Positions 51,991 to 64,000 of a DNA stretch of 64,000 nucleotides are shown here, one piece after another (the first letter of the stretch is position 1; each line of letters opens with the position of its first letter). The stretch comes from Octopus bimaculoides (taxonomy: Eukaryota). The stretch spans positions 95,635,396 through 95,699,395 of the forward strand of contig NC_068984.1 of assembly GCF_001194135.2 (NCBI RefSeq). The letters are read 5' to 3'. Both the position numbers and the translations under genes were made by a program. The notes under the pieces are model-generated. The model made no database searches and had not been told where the DNA came from. It saw only the letters and a list, made by a program, of their open reading frames with translations.

Positions 51991-52532
51991 TTGGCCTAGT
52001 TTTCTACAGCTGGATGCCCTTCCTAATGCCAGCCACTTTCAGAATGGGCTGGGTGCTTTTTACCCAGTCTACTTACTGTTATATGCTTTAAAGCAAAAGA
52101 TCTCTGTATTTTTACTAAATCACCCTTCAATGTCATGTTTGTGTATGTGTATATAAGAGAGGGATGTGTGAGTGTGTGTGTGCGCGCATGAGTGTGCGTG
52201 TGCACACAAATGTCCCCAATATAAAAATCAACACAAAAACTAATTGTTTACTTTTTTCATTACTTTTTGAAAATAAGCTATGAAATAAGATAAAAATGCA
52301 TTTTCCCCAATAATGTGTTTATCAAATTATATACACCATATGTATATGTATACATGCTATTTAGATTTTTAAATTGTTAGTTTGTCACACACACACACCA
52401 ACTCTAATCTTTCATTTAACACAAGCATATATGTCTTTATCTGCTATTCCATTCAATATAATTCCTTCCATAACTATTGTCATTTACTTGTTTTCCTCTT
52501 CCCTCTCTCTTTATGATTCTTTCTCTCTCACT

Positions 52533-52582
<50 letters not shown>

Positions 52583-52747
52583 CACAATATATTTTTATAT
52601 AACTAGATTAGCCTAATTACTATGGGGTACATATAGTCCAGAACCATAAGGTAATCAATACAGATACTTGTGTATTCCATTACTATGTGGTATACATACC
52701 AATCTGATACATGTAGTTCCCCAAGTAAATCCAGCTCCAATACTTAC

Positions 52748-52839
52748 CTTTCCTTCTTCCTGTCTGGTTTCCGTAATAAAATACCCAAATTCTCAGGACT
52801 ACAAATGACATTCAGACTTTCATGAAAATCTTCCAGATT
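52748..52839 (-). CDS. UFL1: E3 UFM1-protein ligase 1 exon
   Basis: TTTATTACAG|NLEDFHESLNVICSPENLGILLRKPDRKKE AG|GTAAGT. 92 nt, phase 0 to phase 2. Confidence 0.92.
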
Positions 52840-53183
52840 CTGTAATAAAGATATGTAGTTGTTGGGAACAGGGAACGACAGAGATGTCAAATATCACTGT
52901 AATCATCATCAACAATGCCAGCACTATCACTGTTACCTATAACCAACATTGTCATTAATATAACTATCACCAACATTATCATCATCGACATGATTTACAT
53001 CACCAACATCATCAACATCATCCTCATTACCATCAATATCATTATGACAATCATCATCATCATCATCATCATCATCAAGGTTTTCAGGTCTGCTTATTCC
53101 TCTGATCTAGAAGGGTATCATGAAATTGTAATAAATGGTAAGAGAGACATTAGAGAAAACTGAACAAAGACACAACACTTTAC

Positions 53184-53264
53184 CTTGCTGTTAAGCGAAG
53201 AATTCAATTTCTTCAATTGGCTTTTTTGTGGCTCTGGTAGTTTAGCAATAACATTATTGCGAAT
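53184..53264 (-). CDS. UFL1: E3 UFM1-protein ligase 1 exon
   Basis: TTTTTCTTTCAG|IRNNVIAKLPEPQKSQLKKLNSSLNSK|GTAAAG. 81 nt, phase 0 to phase 0. Confidence 0.92.
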
Positions 53265-54669
53265 CTGAAAGAAAAATTTTGTGTATGAATTACAGCAACA
53301 TAATTTCATAAATTCAATAATCATCTTCAGTTATTGAGACCAAAGTCTCTGAAGCAAGTCACATACAGTCAGTGTTTTACATTTGACTTCATTACAGCAA
53401 TTACCATACATGGATATACAATATTCTCCCTTAAATATTTTAAAGATCACATAAGTTTCTTCCTGAAATTACCAAGGTATTTATTCACTTGTATGTAGCA
53501 CTCATGGTTAAAGGAATAGGTACTAACTCTACTCTCAGAATTAAGTATTAAAGCAGGATAATTAGCCGTATTATAATTGCAGGGGATCGTAGGTATTATT
53601 ACATAGGTTCTTCTGCTACTATTTGGAAATTTAGATCACATAACCATTCTTCTTCATTTAAGATTAGGAGAAAAGGTAATTTTATGAATCTTAGTTAATG
53701 TATTTGGAATTTGAAAGACAATATAAAGTGGTCCATTATTAGTTATGTTCCATCATACAATACTACTAATTTTAAATGTGATCTTTGCCTAGAGGAAAAG
53801 TATTAAATAATTACTTCAAAATTAAAATTATTAAATTGCAGAACCAGTACAGAAATAAGTATAGAAAAACATTTAAATACCTCAATAGTAAATAACACCT
53901 TCATTTATAATTGCTTTTCCTATAATCTAATAAGTGTAATTTTTCTAAATTTTTTTAGCATACATAAATAGCTAGATAACTACATGTCATTATGTAGAAT
54001 TTCAGTTGATTTTTTATTCTTTCATTATCTACTGACATCATAACTTTAAATACTAAACTGGTTTTTCTTAGAATATTCTATTTCTTCTTAGTGTTCTTTT
54101 TGCATGGGTTCATGTATTATAGATATTATTTCAGTTCACTTTGAATTTATCTATTTTGGGTTACCTTAATAACATTGTGTTAGCACAATGGAAATGATTA
54201 TCAGTCCTGTATGGTATAATCATGAAATAAAGATGTGTTATTCTCCATTAGTGCTCGTGTTGTTATATGTTGTTATATATGTAGACAGTGAGAGAGAGAG
54301 AGAATCACACTTAAAGTTGGTAACACATATGCACACATATTGACATACAATACATTACTTCAAAATATATACTTCGTTTTTACATATTACTCATATGGTA
54401 CATAAATTTGTATTTGTTATTCTCTCTATCTAATATTCAATATATTAATAAAGATTTTACATTTTTTCTCGTCTCTCATTTTCACACAGATGAGGACAGA
54501 ACCCTAAGTAATTGCAAATACAGACATACAGATACATGTATACACATGCACAAGTATGTACACTCACAATGATGGCCAGTATTTGCAGAAGTGCTTACTG
54601 AGGATCCAGCTTGGTCTTAAATCCCCTCTATATAAAATATATGTATGTATATTATATATATATATATAC

Positions 54670-57600
54670 TGTTACATTCAAGATTTAAAGAAAATGAACT
54701 TGGAAATATATTACAATAGCACTTGATAAGGTACAAAATATACAATATTATCCAATACAAATGTTATTCCGCAAGGAAATGACAATTATTAATATTGTTG
54801 GCCTGTTTTGAATGTCTACACTATAATATATCCAGAAAAGGACATCAAGTGAATAGAATATACAGAAATAATCACCAGTAACAGTCCGGTTGACGCTCAA
54901 TATACATTCATTAACGATGAATCCAACCTCTCCTGACATCAGGTCAGCACTCTCCTCATTTCAAGTGTTCTGACATGTTTTTCTCGTCCGCTACCCTTTT
55001 TAAAGGCTTTTTTTTCCCTCTTTCTTTTTCTCACAGCACAGACTATCCGAATTTTTAAAAGGACTTTGTTTTTTTTTTATTTCCTTTTTTTTCTTTTCAA
55101 ACACATAGAACAACGTTCGCATTGCACAAACATTAAATCGAAATGTTTTTTTTTTCACGTTCATAACACTACCTCTCTTGACCCTGACCCTAACCCCTCT
55201 TGAAAAGAAAGTTTGAATCTCTGAAAACTTTTTTTTTATTAAATATAATACAATATTAAAAACCATAATATGAAGACAATTAATACAACGTGAATACAAT
55301 AGATCAACAATAACATTTTAACAGCTACCTAGATAATGCATCTGCAATAACATTTTCGGTACCACATATGTGTTTAATATTTATATGATATTGCTGGAGA
55401 ATAATACTCCACCTCAGTAATCTCTGGTTGCTATTTTTTATCTTGTTCACAAACACAAGTGGACTATGATCAGTATATACATAACAAATGGTGAAGAACA
55501 CAAATATACATTGAAATGCTGTAATGCAACAAAAGAGCAAGTGCTTCCTTTTCTATGGTGGAATAATTGCATTGATGCTTGTCAAATTTTCTCAAGAAAT
55601 AACACACTGGGTGATCAATACTGTCATACTCTTGTAATAAGACAGAAACAACTCTGATATCACTTATGTCTACAGCAATCTTGAACGGTCTGTCAAAATC
55701 AGGAGCAGTTAACACTGGAGAACTGATTAACATTGATTTCACTTTATCAAAAGCAGCTCGACATTAATCACTCCATACAAATTTTGAGATTTTCTTTAAC
55801 AGTGATGTCATAGGTGCAGATACAGTTGAGAAATTAGGACAGAATTTTCTGTAGTAACCTGCTATTCCAAGGAATATCATGATTTCCTTTTTACTTTGGT
55901 ATACAAGATACTTGACAATGGTTTCCACTTTGGCTCATACAGGTTTGACTTTACCTTGACCAAGCTCATAGCTGAGATAGATGACTGTTCCTTTACAAAA
56001 TTTAACAAATTTATAGTCATTTGAGCATCAGAACATTTATCAAAAAATGATCGCATTCGTTTGACATGATCAGACTAATTACTATTCACGACAATTACGC
56101 CATCAATGTATGAGTATACACAATCTAAACCATTGATTATATGGTTCATCAATCTTTGAAAAGTGGTGCCAGAATTCTTCATGCCAAAGGGCATAACCTG
56201 GTATTGGTATAAACCATCAGGTGTTACAAAAGCAGAGATTTCTTTAGCTTTTTCTGTTAATGGAACTTACCAGGAACCTTTTAGTAAGTCAAATCTAGTC
56301 AGACATGTACAGTTTCCTATCCTGTCAATGCAATAATTAATATGAGGAATAGAAAATGAATCACTTTTGGTCATACTGTTTACTTGAGGTTTTGCCTGGC
56401 TGTCTCCAATGCACTGTGTAGTCTGATCTTGAAGTCTGTCACATAATCTAGTAGGCTAATGGTAACACCGTCACCTCCTAGCCACTTCTCCTTCATGAGC
56501 TTCAGAGGACTATGAACAGTACAATCATAGACAAGTTGAAAAGGACTAAATCCAAGGGATTCTTGTATGACTTCTCGGGCTGCAAACAACAGTAATGGAA
56601 CTCCTTCATCCCAATCCTTGAAGTGTTCAGTGCAATAAGCCCTCATCATGTTTTTTAATGTCTGGTTGAAATGTTCTAAGGCACCTTGTGACTTAAGTTG
56701 GTAAGTGCTGGATGAGATCTGATGGATATTTAATTTGTACAGAACTTGCTGGAAAACTTTGGTCACAAAGTTGGAACCTTGGTCTGACTGTAACACTTTC
56801 GGGAGTCCAAAAGTTGTGAAGAACTTGACAAGTGACTTTAAAATGTTCTATCCTTCAGTGGGATAGCTTCTGGGAATGAGGCACACATGATGTCTTAGGT
56901 AATAGCCTAACACAGTCAATGATGACGTGTGAGAATGGCTCTTCAAAGGCTGGAATTGGTTGTAATGGTTCACATTCTACACCTGAAATAAGCACTCTGG
57001 CTCCAATTGAAGACTTCTCAGAAAACAGAAGGACATCTTCCAAGATCAGACTCTGAGAAGCTCCAGTATCCCACAGGATTTTAATGGGCTTCAAACGGGT
57101 ATCACCAACCAAAGAAACCAATCCACCTGTGATGAATGGCATGTAGTGATCTTTAATAACATCATCAGATGTGTCAAAAGTACCAGTTTTAGGCACAACA
57201 GTGGGCTGGTCAGGGTCAAGAACCTCAGCTTCTATGATAGATGAGATGAAGGCATGAGGTATCGAAGGGTTGTTCTTGTTTTCCAATTTGTAACAATCCG
57301 AGATCAGGTATCCAGGCTTCTTACAATACAAACACTGTTTGTTGGATAAAAAAACTGGGCGTCTTGGTGTTAGAATTTGATGTTTCCTTTTTGTCGCTGT
57401 CTTCTTTTCCTTTAGATGTTTCTTGATCGCTCTTCTTTGGCTAATTTTTCTGTGGCCGAAATCTTGATGGCATCTTTTTGTGGGTGAGGGAATACTAATC
57501 AGCCAGAGTAGCAGATTTATGTAAATTTGTGGCTTTTTGTTCATCAATATAAGTTTTTAGCTCAACAGGTACACAACTTTTGAACTCTTCAATTAACAAC

Positions 57601-58666
57601 ATTTGTCTAATTTTGTCATAATAATCATTAAGATTATTTGATGAACACCACCTGTCAAACATTATTTCCTTTTCATGGACAAATTTAACATAAGTTTGAT
57701 TGTCAAACTTCTTGTAGTTGCAAATTTTTTGCCTGTGAGCTTCAGGGACTAATTCATATGTGTTCAGAATGGTTTGCTTTACATACTTGTAATCATAACT
57801 CTACTGGATTGACAATGAAGTAAATATTTGTTGGGTTTTACCAGTGAGTACAGACTGTAACAATACTGTCCAATATTCAGTAGGCCATTTTAAATTCAGA
57901 GCTAATTTTTCAAATTGATCAAAATATTTTGTCAATACGTTTTTTACTGAATGGTGGAACGAAACAAATTTCTTTAGTAACATCAAACCTCTCGGATTTT
58001 TCTTGAGCTTCCTGCCACTCTAACTTCTTTATCAGTAGTTCCAGCTGCTGGCTTTGGTATATGGTCTCTTCTTTTTCTTTTGTCTCCATCTACATATGAT
58101 CTCTCTCTAGCTAGTAGTGTAACTCATTTCTAACTGTTTAAGTTCTGCATCAGAACTGGTTGTTATTGGTACCAACTGCAATACATCATCTGGCAGTATG
58201 TCGTCATCGACAACAATTCAACAACAATTCTCTTGATCTGATCTTTACTCATGGATTGTTTTACATCTAGATTAAAATGTTTACTAACATTATAATCTTA
58301 CTCAAAGCATTAATAAGGTCTAAAAAGGGGTTTTGATCAAATTGATCCAAAAACGTATCAAGGCGAAATGCCATGACTGGCTATTTCCATGCAGCAATCT
58401 ATAAAATATTTAATTTGAAAAATTGAACTTGGAATAATTTACCCTGTAGTGGTTTCGAAGATCCCAGACGAGCCCCCAATTAATCTGTTACATTCAAGAT
58501 TTAAAGTAAACAAATGCACACATTAAAGTTAAAATACTACTTGGAAATTTACTACAATAACACATAATAAGGTAAAAAATATACAATATTATACAAGGAA
58601 ATGGCAATTATTAATATTGCTGGCCCGTTTTGAATGTCTACACTATAATATATCCAGAAAAGGACA
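54670..58666 (-). mobile_element. Gmr1-like Gypsy LTR retrotransposon (gag-PR-IN-RT-RH), decayed, inside a UFL1 intron
   Basis: Gag (YFDQFEKLALNLKWP, CLYCKKPGYLISDC), PR (LWDTGASQSL), IN (FSHVIIDC, LQSDQGSNF, SQGALEHFNQTLK), RT (FDLLKG, YQVMPFGMKN, YIDG) and RH (FKIAVD, NYSTIEKEALAL, TDHSPL, ADALSR*). Related LTR segments at 54670-54844 and 58486-58666. Confidence 0.9.
58461..58478 (-). promoter_or_regulatory. Primer binding site complementary to the tRNA-Pro 3' end
   Basis: TGGGGGCTCGTCTGGGAT, 7 nt after the LTR end ...TGTAACA, one mismatch to the usual tRNA-Pro PBS TGGGGGCTCGTCCGGGAT. Confidence 0.8.
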
Positions 58667-58679
58667 AAAAAATCGATAC

Positions 58680-61005
58680 AAATTTTATTCTGTCAAGCAG
58701 CGAGTCAGAATTCAAAGGATTTTCGATTGAAGACCTTGATAAATCTAACTCTGTAACCGAAAAAAAAAAAGGACGTGGTATTTGATAATGAACCTGATGT
58801 TTCATTTTCCAAAAGTGAAAGCAGTGAATCCGAGAGCTCCGATGACAGCGATAAAGAGAATGAATTGGTACCTGAATAGAGTGAAAATTTAAAAACTCTT
58901 TCTTTCAGTGATTTTTCTCAAGAAACTGGACCAAGTCACAGTCTTACCCAGGAGAGCAAAGCTTTGGACTATTTCTTTTTGCTTTTTCCTATGTACCTAA
59001 TTGAATTGATTACGGCGGAAACAAACCGTTACGCTGAATGCAAACAAAACGTAAAAAAGGATAGTTTGTGGTTTCCCACAAACTTGAATGAAATTAAGGC
59101 ATATTTTGCCATAAATATTATTACGGGCATTAGAAAGTTACCCAGAATAACAAATTACTGGAGTAGTGATGAACCCTTTGGAGACAAATATGTCTCAAGT
59201 ATAATGACGAGGACATGATTTTTGAAATTGACTCAATATTTACATATAAGAGACATGAGCAGTACACCAGTACGTGGAGAACCAGACTTTGATCCCTTAT
59301 TTAAAATAAGACCCCTCATTGATTGTGTTCAAAACACATATAAAACAGTTTATAGACCAGGGAGACATTTATCAATTGATGAGGGTATGGTGGGCTATAA
59401 AGGCCGAGTGCGTTTTCGATAGTATATGCCAGGAAAGCCCACAAAATGGGGGATCAAAGTTTGGAAGATTTGTGAATCAAATACTGGGTACTGCTCTGGA
59501 TTTCAATTTTATACTGGCAAAAGAGACAATTATGTAAGTCAGCATGGCCTAGGTTATGATGTGGTCTGGAATTTATCACTTCCATACCATAACCAGGGCC
59601 GTATATTATTTTTTGACCGCTTTTTCAGTTCGGTCAAACTTGCGGAGAATTTAGATACTGTGGCAACACATTCATGTGCTACAGTGATCGCCAGTAGAAA
59701 AGGACTGCCGTAGGATATAAAAAAAGCAAAATTAAGAAGAAAAGGTGAAATAATTCAACAGCAGAAAGGAAATTTGCTAGCGACCGCATAGAGATAAGAG
59801 GCAGATTAATTTTCTGTCTACCTGTGCACGGCCACATGTGGATGAAAATAGCACACCATTTGTGAACCTCAATTATAACAGGTACATGGGTGGTGTAGAT
59901 CGACTGAATCAGATGACATTTTATTATCCAGTTGGTAAACCAGGGAATAAATGGTGGCAATACCTGGTTTGGTATATAGTAAATATGAGTATTACTAATG
60001 CGTTTATACTATATACCAAATCAGAGCCAGCTCGAAAGCAATGTGACCATCTGCAGTTCTGTGCAGATGTAGCAACGCAACTAAGAGCTGGTTATTCCTC
60101 AAAAAAAAATAACTGTAGGGAGAAAAAGCAAAGCCTGCCAGAGAGATATCCCTCTGAATTCAGCTGATCTCCATAAATTAGAAAAAAATCGAGGGTCACA
60201 AAAAGCAGTGTCGCGAATGCCTTCATCAAAAGAGGAAAGCTCCGAGTGGAAGGGGTGATGAAACAACTTTTCAATGTGCATTCTGCAAGGTTGCATTATG
60301 TAGAGCAGGGTGCTTTACAAGTTTTCATGATAGAAATATTGTTTGATTTGTATATATGTGTGATTTGATTTTATAAATATTTTCAAATTTACTTCGTTTT
60401 TATTTTTCTTTATGTGTAATCTTAATTTACCTGTTATTTTAATTTACCTGTAAGGTGAGTGACGAATTTTGATTAATTTCTTTTGTAAATCATTATTGTA
60501 TATTTCTGTGTATCTATGTACATGGGAGAGTTTATTTAATCTAGTTGATGGTGTGTGTGTATTTTGTTTTCTAGTTTTCTTCACCGACAAATTCCAGTCT
60601 TTTGTTTTATTTATACCTTTACGGTACACCTGTCTTTTGTGTGTTAAATTCACCTGATGAATCAAGTAATGTGCACAATTCTTCTATAATAATATTTTGT
60701 ATTGAATATTAGCTAATAACCTATTTTCTATAGCGATGTTTGAACAAAAATTTAAATAATTTTATATTTTGTTGAATTTACCTGTACTTACCTATAATTA
60801 GAGTCACTTTGTGACAAAAAATTTGGTATAGAATTGGTTAGGAACCTTTCGTTAAATTATCTTCTAAAAATCACATTAATATGTTGATGAATAAAAAAGT
60901 TAGAGTTGTTTAATGAAACCAGACTAAATTTATGATTATGTTAGAAATTAATTGAAACACATAAGGGGTGTATTTTGGTTAGAAATATGGTAACGAAAGG
61001 GTTAA
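58680..61005 (+). mobile_element. piggyBac transposon (PGBD4-like transposase pseudogene) with right end
   Basis: AETNRYA, DPLFKIRPL, LSIDEGMV, PGKPTKWGIK, FFDRFFSS, YNRYMGGVD and a C-terminal Cys cluster. Right end ...AAAGGG-TTAA at 60998-61005. No left TIR found. Confidence 0.9.
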
Positions 61006-61159
61006 ATTAACTAATAATAGTCTTCTATATTTATTGTTTTCTTGGAGGGATAATTCCGTAGTAGATATGAATAAAAACCTAATAAAAATTTTCCTTGTTT
61101 ACTTAATTTATTGTACGTAGTAGGTAAGAATATATCAAGGGATATCAACTTAGAAGCTA

Positions 61160-61410
61160 AAAAAATTGTGTGATTTTGATCTTGATGACAGAACTGAGCC
61201 TTTTGTGCCTAGAAGGCCCAGAATTGTTTTGAAAGATCATAAAGAAAACTTCTCCAACCCTAAAGTTAGATTAATTTGCCCAGGAAGTTCTTACCTGGGT
61301 AAATTAAGTAAAATTATTCTAGACAAGTATATTCTCAAACTTAAGGAAACATTAAAATTAGATCTCTGGTCCAATACCAAGGAAGCCATTAATTGGTTAT
61401 TGTGTATGTA
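61160..61410 (+). mobile_element. Penelope-like RT N-terminal fragment
   Basis: KDHKENFSNPKVRLICPGSSYLGKLSKIILD...WSNTKEAINW. Confidence 0.6.
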
Positions 61411-62402
61411 TGTCAGAAAATGTATATAAGTCGAAACAATTTGTTGACACAATTAAACCTTGGGAGAGGCATTATGCCGGTAATAAAGACACGCACTGGT
61501 TCAGTCCTTTATTAATTTATATAGTTTTTTGTTAAATTATTTCATTGCACTCTTGCAATCTCTTCAGTAACTTGTCTCTCCACTTCCATTTATTTTGAAT
61601 ATATGATTTGGCGTTGTTTTGGCGTTGTTTTGAAACTGTTCAGTATGAGCATGTGAGTGTGTGCAAGTTCGTATGTGTGCACGCTCATATGTGTGAACGC
61701 ACTTATGTGTTCGTGCTTATATGTAAGTATGTGCGTCCATATGTATGTTTGTAACAATTTCGTTTATATCAGATCAGATAGAGACTTTTTTTTTTTTTAA
61801 ATTTAAATTTAAATTTATTTATTTACGTTCATATTCCGCATCATATGTATGAACAACACATGCAACCATGGGCCCTCATCTACGTGTATTTGGTGTTCAA
61901 AATTGGTTGCGTTTCAGTTATGAGGACCGACTCCTGTATTTGTCGCAACGATGCGTCTAGACAGGATTTACACATACGAAATTTGTTGACTTTTATATTT
62001 TTTTAGTAATTGTTTATGTTATATAATATTGTGTTATATTATATTCATAGTATATCATGTAATATTATAATATAAATAAACTATTGGATTGTCAATAGTA
62101 TCTCTCTACTTAATTTATCTTTGTAATTGCTTTATACCCATATTTATGTGGTATTCAACCGACGTACCAGTCAATTGGATGTTTAACACACTCCTTTGAA
62201 GGATCTCTTTTCCTCAGTTTGTTACTAAATATACACACACACACACATATATATCTATATATATGAAGAGACAGAGAGTAGAATGGTATATACATAGTTT
62301 AGTGTATATATGTATATACATTGTCTGTAACAACAACATAAAAGGGTACAAACAATTAAAAACCAACCAAAATAAGATTTATGAAAAAAAAAAATCACTC
62401 AC

Positions 62403-62533
62403 ATCTAGTGTCACTTGGGTTTCATCTACCAGAGACAACATATGATCTACAGCAACAGCTGATGTTATTAAGTTTGTGATGTCAGTACATATTGACTTCA
62501 GCATATGTTTTATCAACACAGTCTGGACAGTTT
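62403..62533 (-). CDS. UFL1: E3 UFM1-protein ligase 1 exon (most upstream found in window)
   Basis: TTTTCTAATTCACAG|AA + TVQTVLIKHMLKSICTDITNLITSAVAVDHMLSLVDETQVTLD|GTGAGT. Matches the UFL1 KHLLKSVCTDITNL motif. 131 nt, phase 1 to phase 0. Confidence 0.93.
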
Positions 62534-62959
62534 CTGTGAATTAGAAAAGCACATGAATAGAATGATTTCATTTTTATTCTTCTGATGATAAACTCGTGTA
62601 TCACTTTGAATTGTTAGGAGGGTGGATATTTTAAAAACTTTCTTCTTGATTTAGTGATTACTAAAAAGGTTCATGACAAAGCAATTTTAAAGTTTCTAAA
62701 AACTTGAAAGATGGAGAATAGGAGTGTCAGGTTGATAAGATGTGAAGATGTGCTTGGCTGTGGTTTAATAGCATTAAAAGATGAATGAAGCAACCCTCTT
62801 GAGGTATTGCTGTTAGAAATCTATGCTCCCATATCAGTCCTCTTCAAAACAACAATATCGACCACATACTATAAACCACTTTGTATAGCAGACCCATGTG
62901 TGTCAGAGTTCAAACAGACCCATGTGTGTCAGTATAACAAAGGCGAAAAACAGTACTCA

Positions 62960-63800
62960 ATCATCATCATCATTTAACATCCGTGTTCCATGCTAGCATG
63001 GGTTGGATGGTTTTATATGGATCCAATGAGTCAAGGCTGCATCATGCTCCACTGTCTGCTTTGGCATAGTTTCTATGGCTTCATACCCTTCCTAACACCA
63101 ACCACTTTACAGTGGGTACTGGGTTCTATTTCTTATGCCAGTGGTACTACTGAGGTTGCCATGTAGCTCACAAGTCAACAAGCACAGAAAGGGAGGATGC
63201 TGCCTTTATATCTTAGATAGGGGTTAAGGTCTTAAGGAGGAGGCTGTGATGATTCTAAAATAGAACACATAAAAACCTAACGGTATATCTTTTTCTACCT
63301 CTTTGAAGAGATTTTGCCTAATATAATGATTTTTATAATTCCTATTTAATCTTTTTAGGCTTAATTGAAACAGCTGTAAGGGACTATGCTTGATTTTTGC
63401 AGATAATAAATTTTTATTAAATGCTATATCACCATTTTCTTATTTTCTTTTATATATCATCATCATCGTTTAATGTCTATTTTCCATGCTGGCATGGATT
63501 GGACAGTTTGACTGAGGTCTAGAGAGTCAGCAGCTGCACCAGGCTCCAATCTGATCTGGCAATGTTTCTACAGCTGGATGCCCTTCCTAACGCCAACCAC
63601 TCTGAGAGTGTAGTGGGTACTTTTTACGTGCCACCGGCACAGGAGTCAGTTAGGCAGGCCTACTTTTTACATGCCACTGGCACAGGAGACAGTCATTGGC
63701 CATGTTCAGATGGTGTTTTTTACGTGCTACAGGCACAGGAGCCAGTCAGACGGCCCTGGCATCGATCATGTTCAGGTAGTGCTTTTTATGTACCACCTCT
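62960..63800 (-). mobile_element. Two RTE family A-type 3'-end fragments (about 62960-63240 and 63455-63800)
   Basis: (cat)n...ccatgctagcatgggttgga...ggatgcccttcctaacgccaaccac motifs. Confidence 0.7.
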
Positions 63801-64000
63801 GAGGTAGCGAACAAATCAGTAAAAAATGTTCTAAAATGTAAATTTTAAATTTAGCTTTAATTATAAAATTACATCTCACAACAGTTAAAAACATTTTTTT
63901 TTCGGCTTTTGAATTATTGCATGTATCTTCAAATGTTTTCCATTAAATCGTAACTTTCTTTCTTTCTTTTGTTTATATTTTCGTCATTTTGTACCATTCC

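Noticed and set aside
51633-52156. Ser/Leu/Phe/Pro-rich ORFs
   Set aside because: Translation of a polypyrimidine tract
52915-53163. Ile/Thr/Asn-rich ORF resembling a membrane protein
   Set aside because: (ATC)n microsatellite inside the short UFL1 intron, antisense to the gene
62534-64000. Further upstream UFL1 exon
   Set aside because: No splice-bounded segment resembling the expected upstream UFL1 sequence was found, so it is probably beyond the window

Overview
Eukaryotic, TE-rich genomic DNA with N gaps. The SINE, LINE and microsatellite repertoire resembles an octopus/cephalopod assembly (inference, not a database result). Two spliced host genes lie on the minus strand, and neither is shown by the ORF track. 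(1) The last five coding exons of UFL1 (E3 UFM1 ligase) at 62403-62533, 53184-53264, 52748-52839, 32150-32361 and 26410-26570, all phase-compatible with GT-AG junctions. (2) A secreted Cys-rich protein: TATA box, signal-peptide exon 9079-9136, then one intron-free exon of at least 1232 nt encoding 10 complete and 1 partial 6-Cys pacifastin/half-VWC-like modules that runs off the window start. The rest is decayed mobile DNA: Tx1/L1-like, RTE and CR1-like LINEs, Penelope-like elements with hammerhead ribozyme motifs, two Gypsy-type LTR elements (one with Gmr1-like PR-IN-RT-RH order), mariner/Tc1, piggyBac and SINEs. The most unusual items are the repeat-protein gene, a TSD-flanked tRNA-promoter + hammerhead unit (21200-21587), a PHD-type finger inside RTE reverse transcriptases, and the Gmr1-like element. 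No CRISPR array, rRNA or true tRNA gene is supported. TE boundaries are approximate unless exact junctions are quoted.
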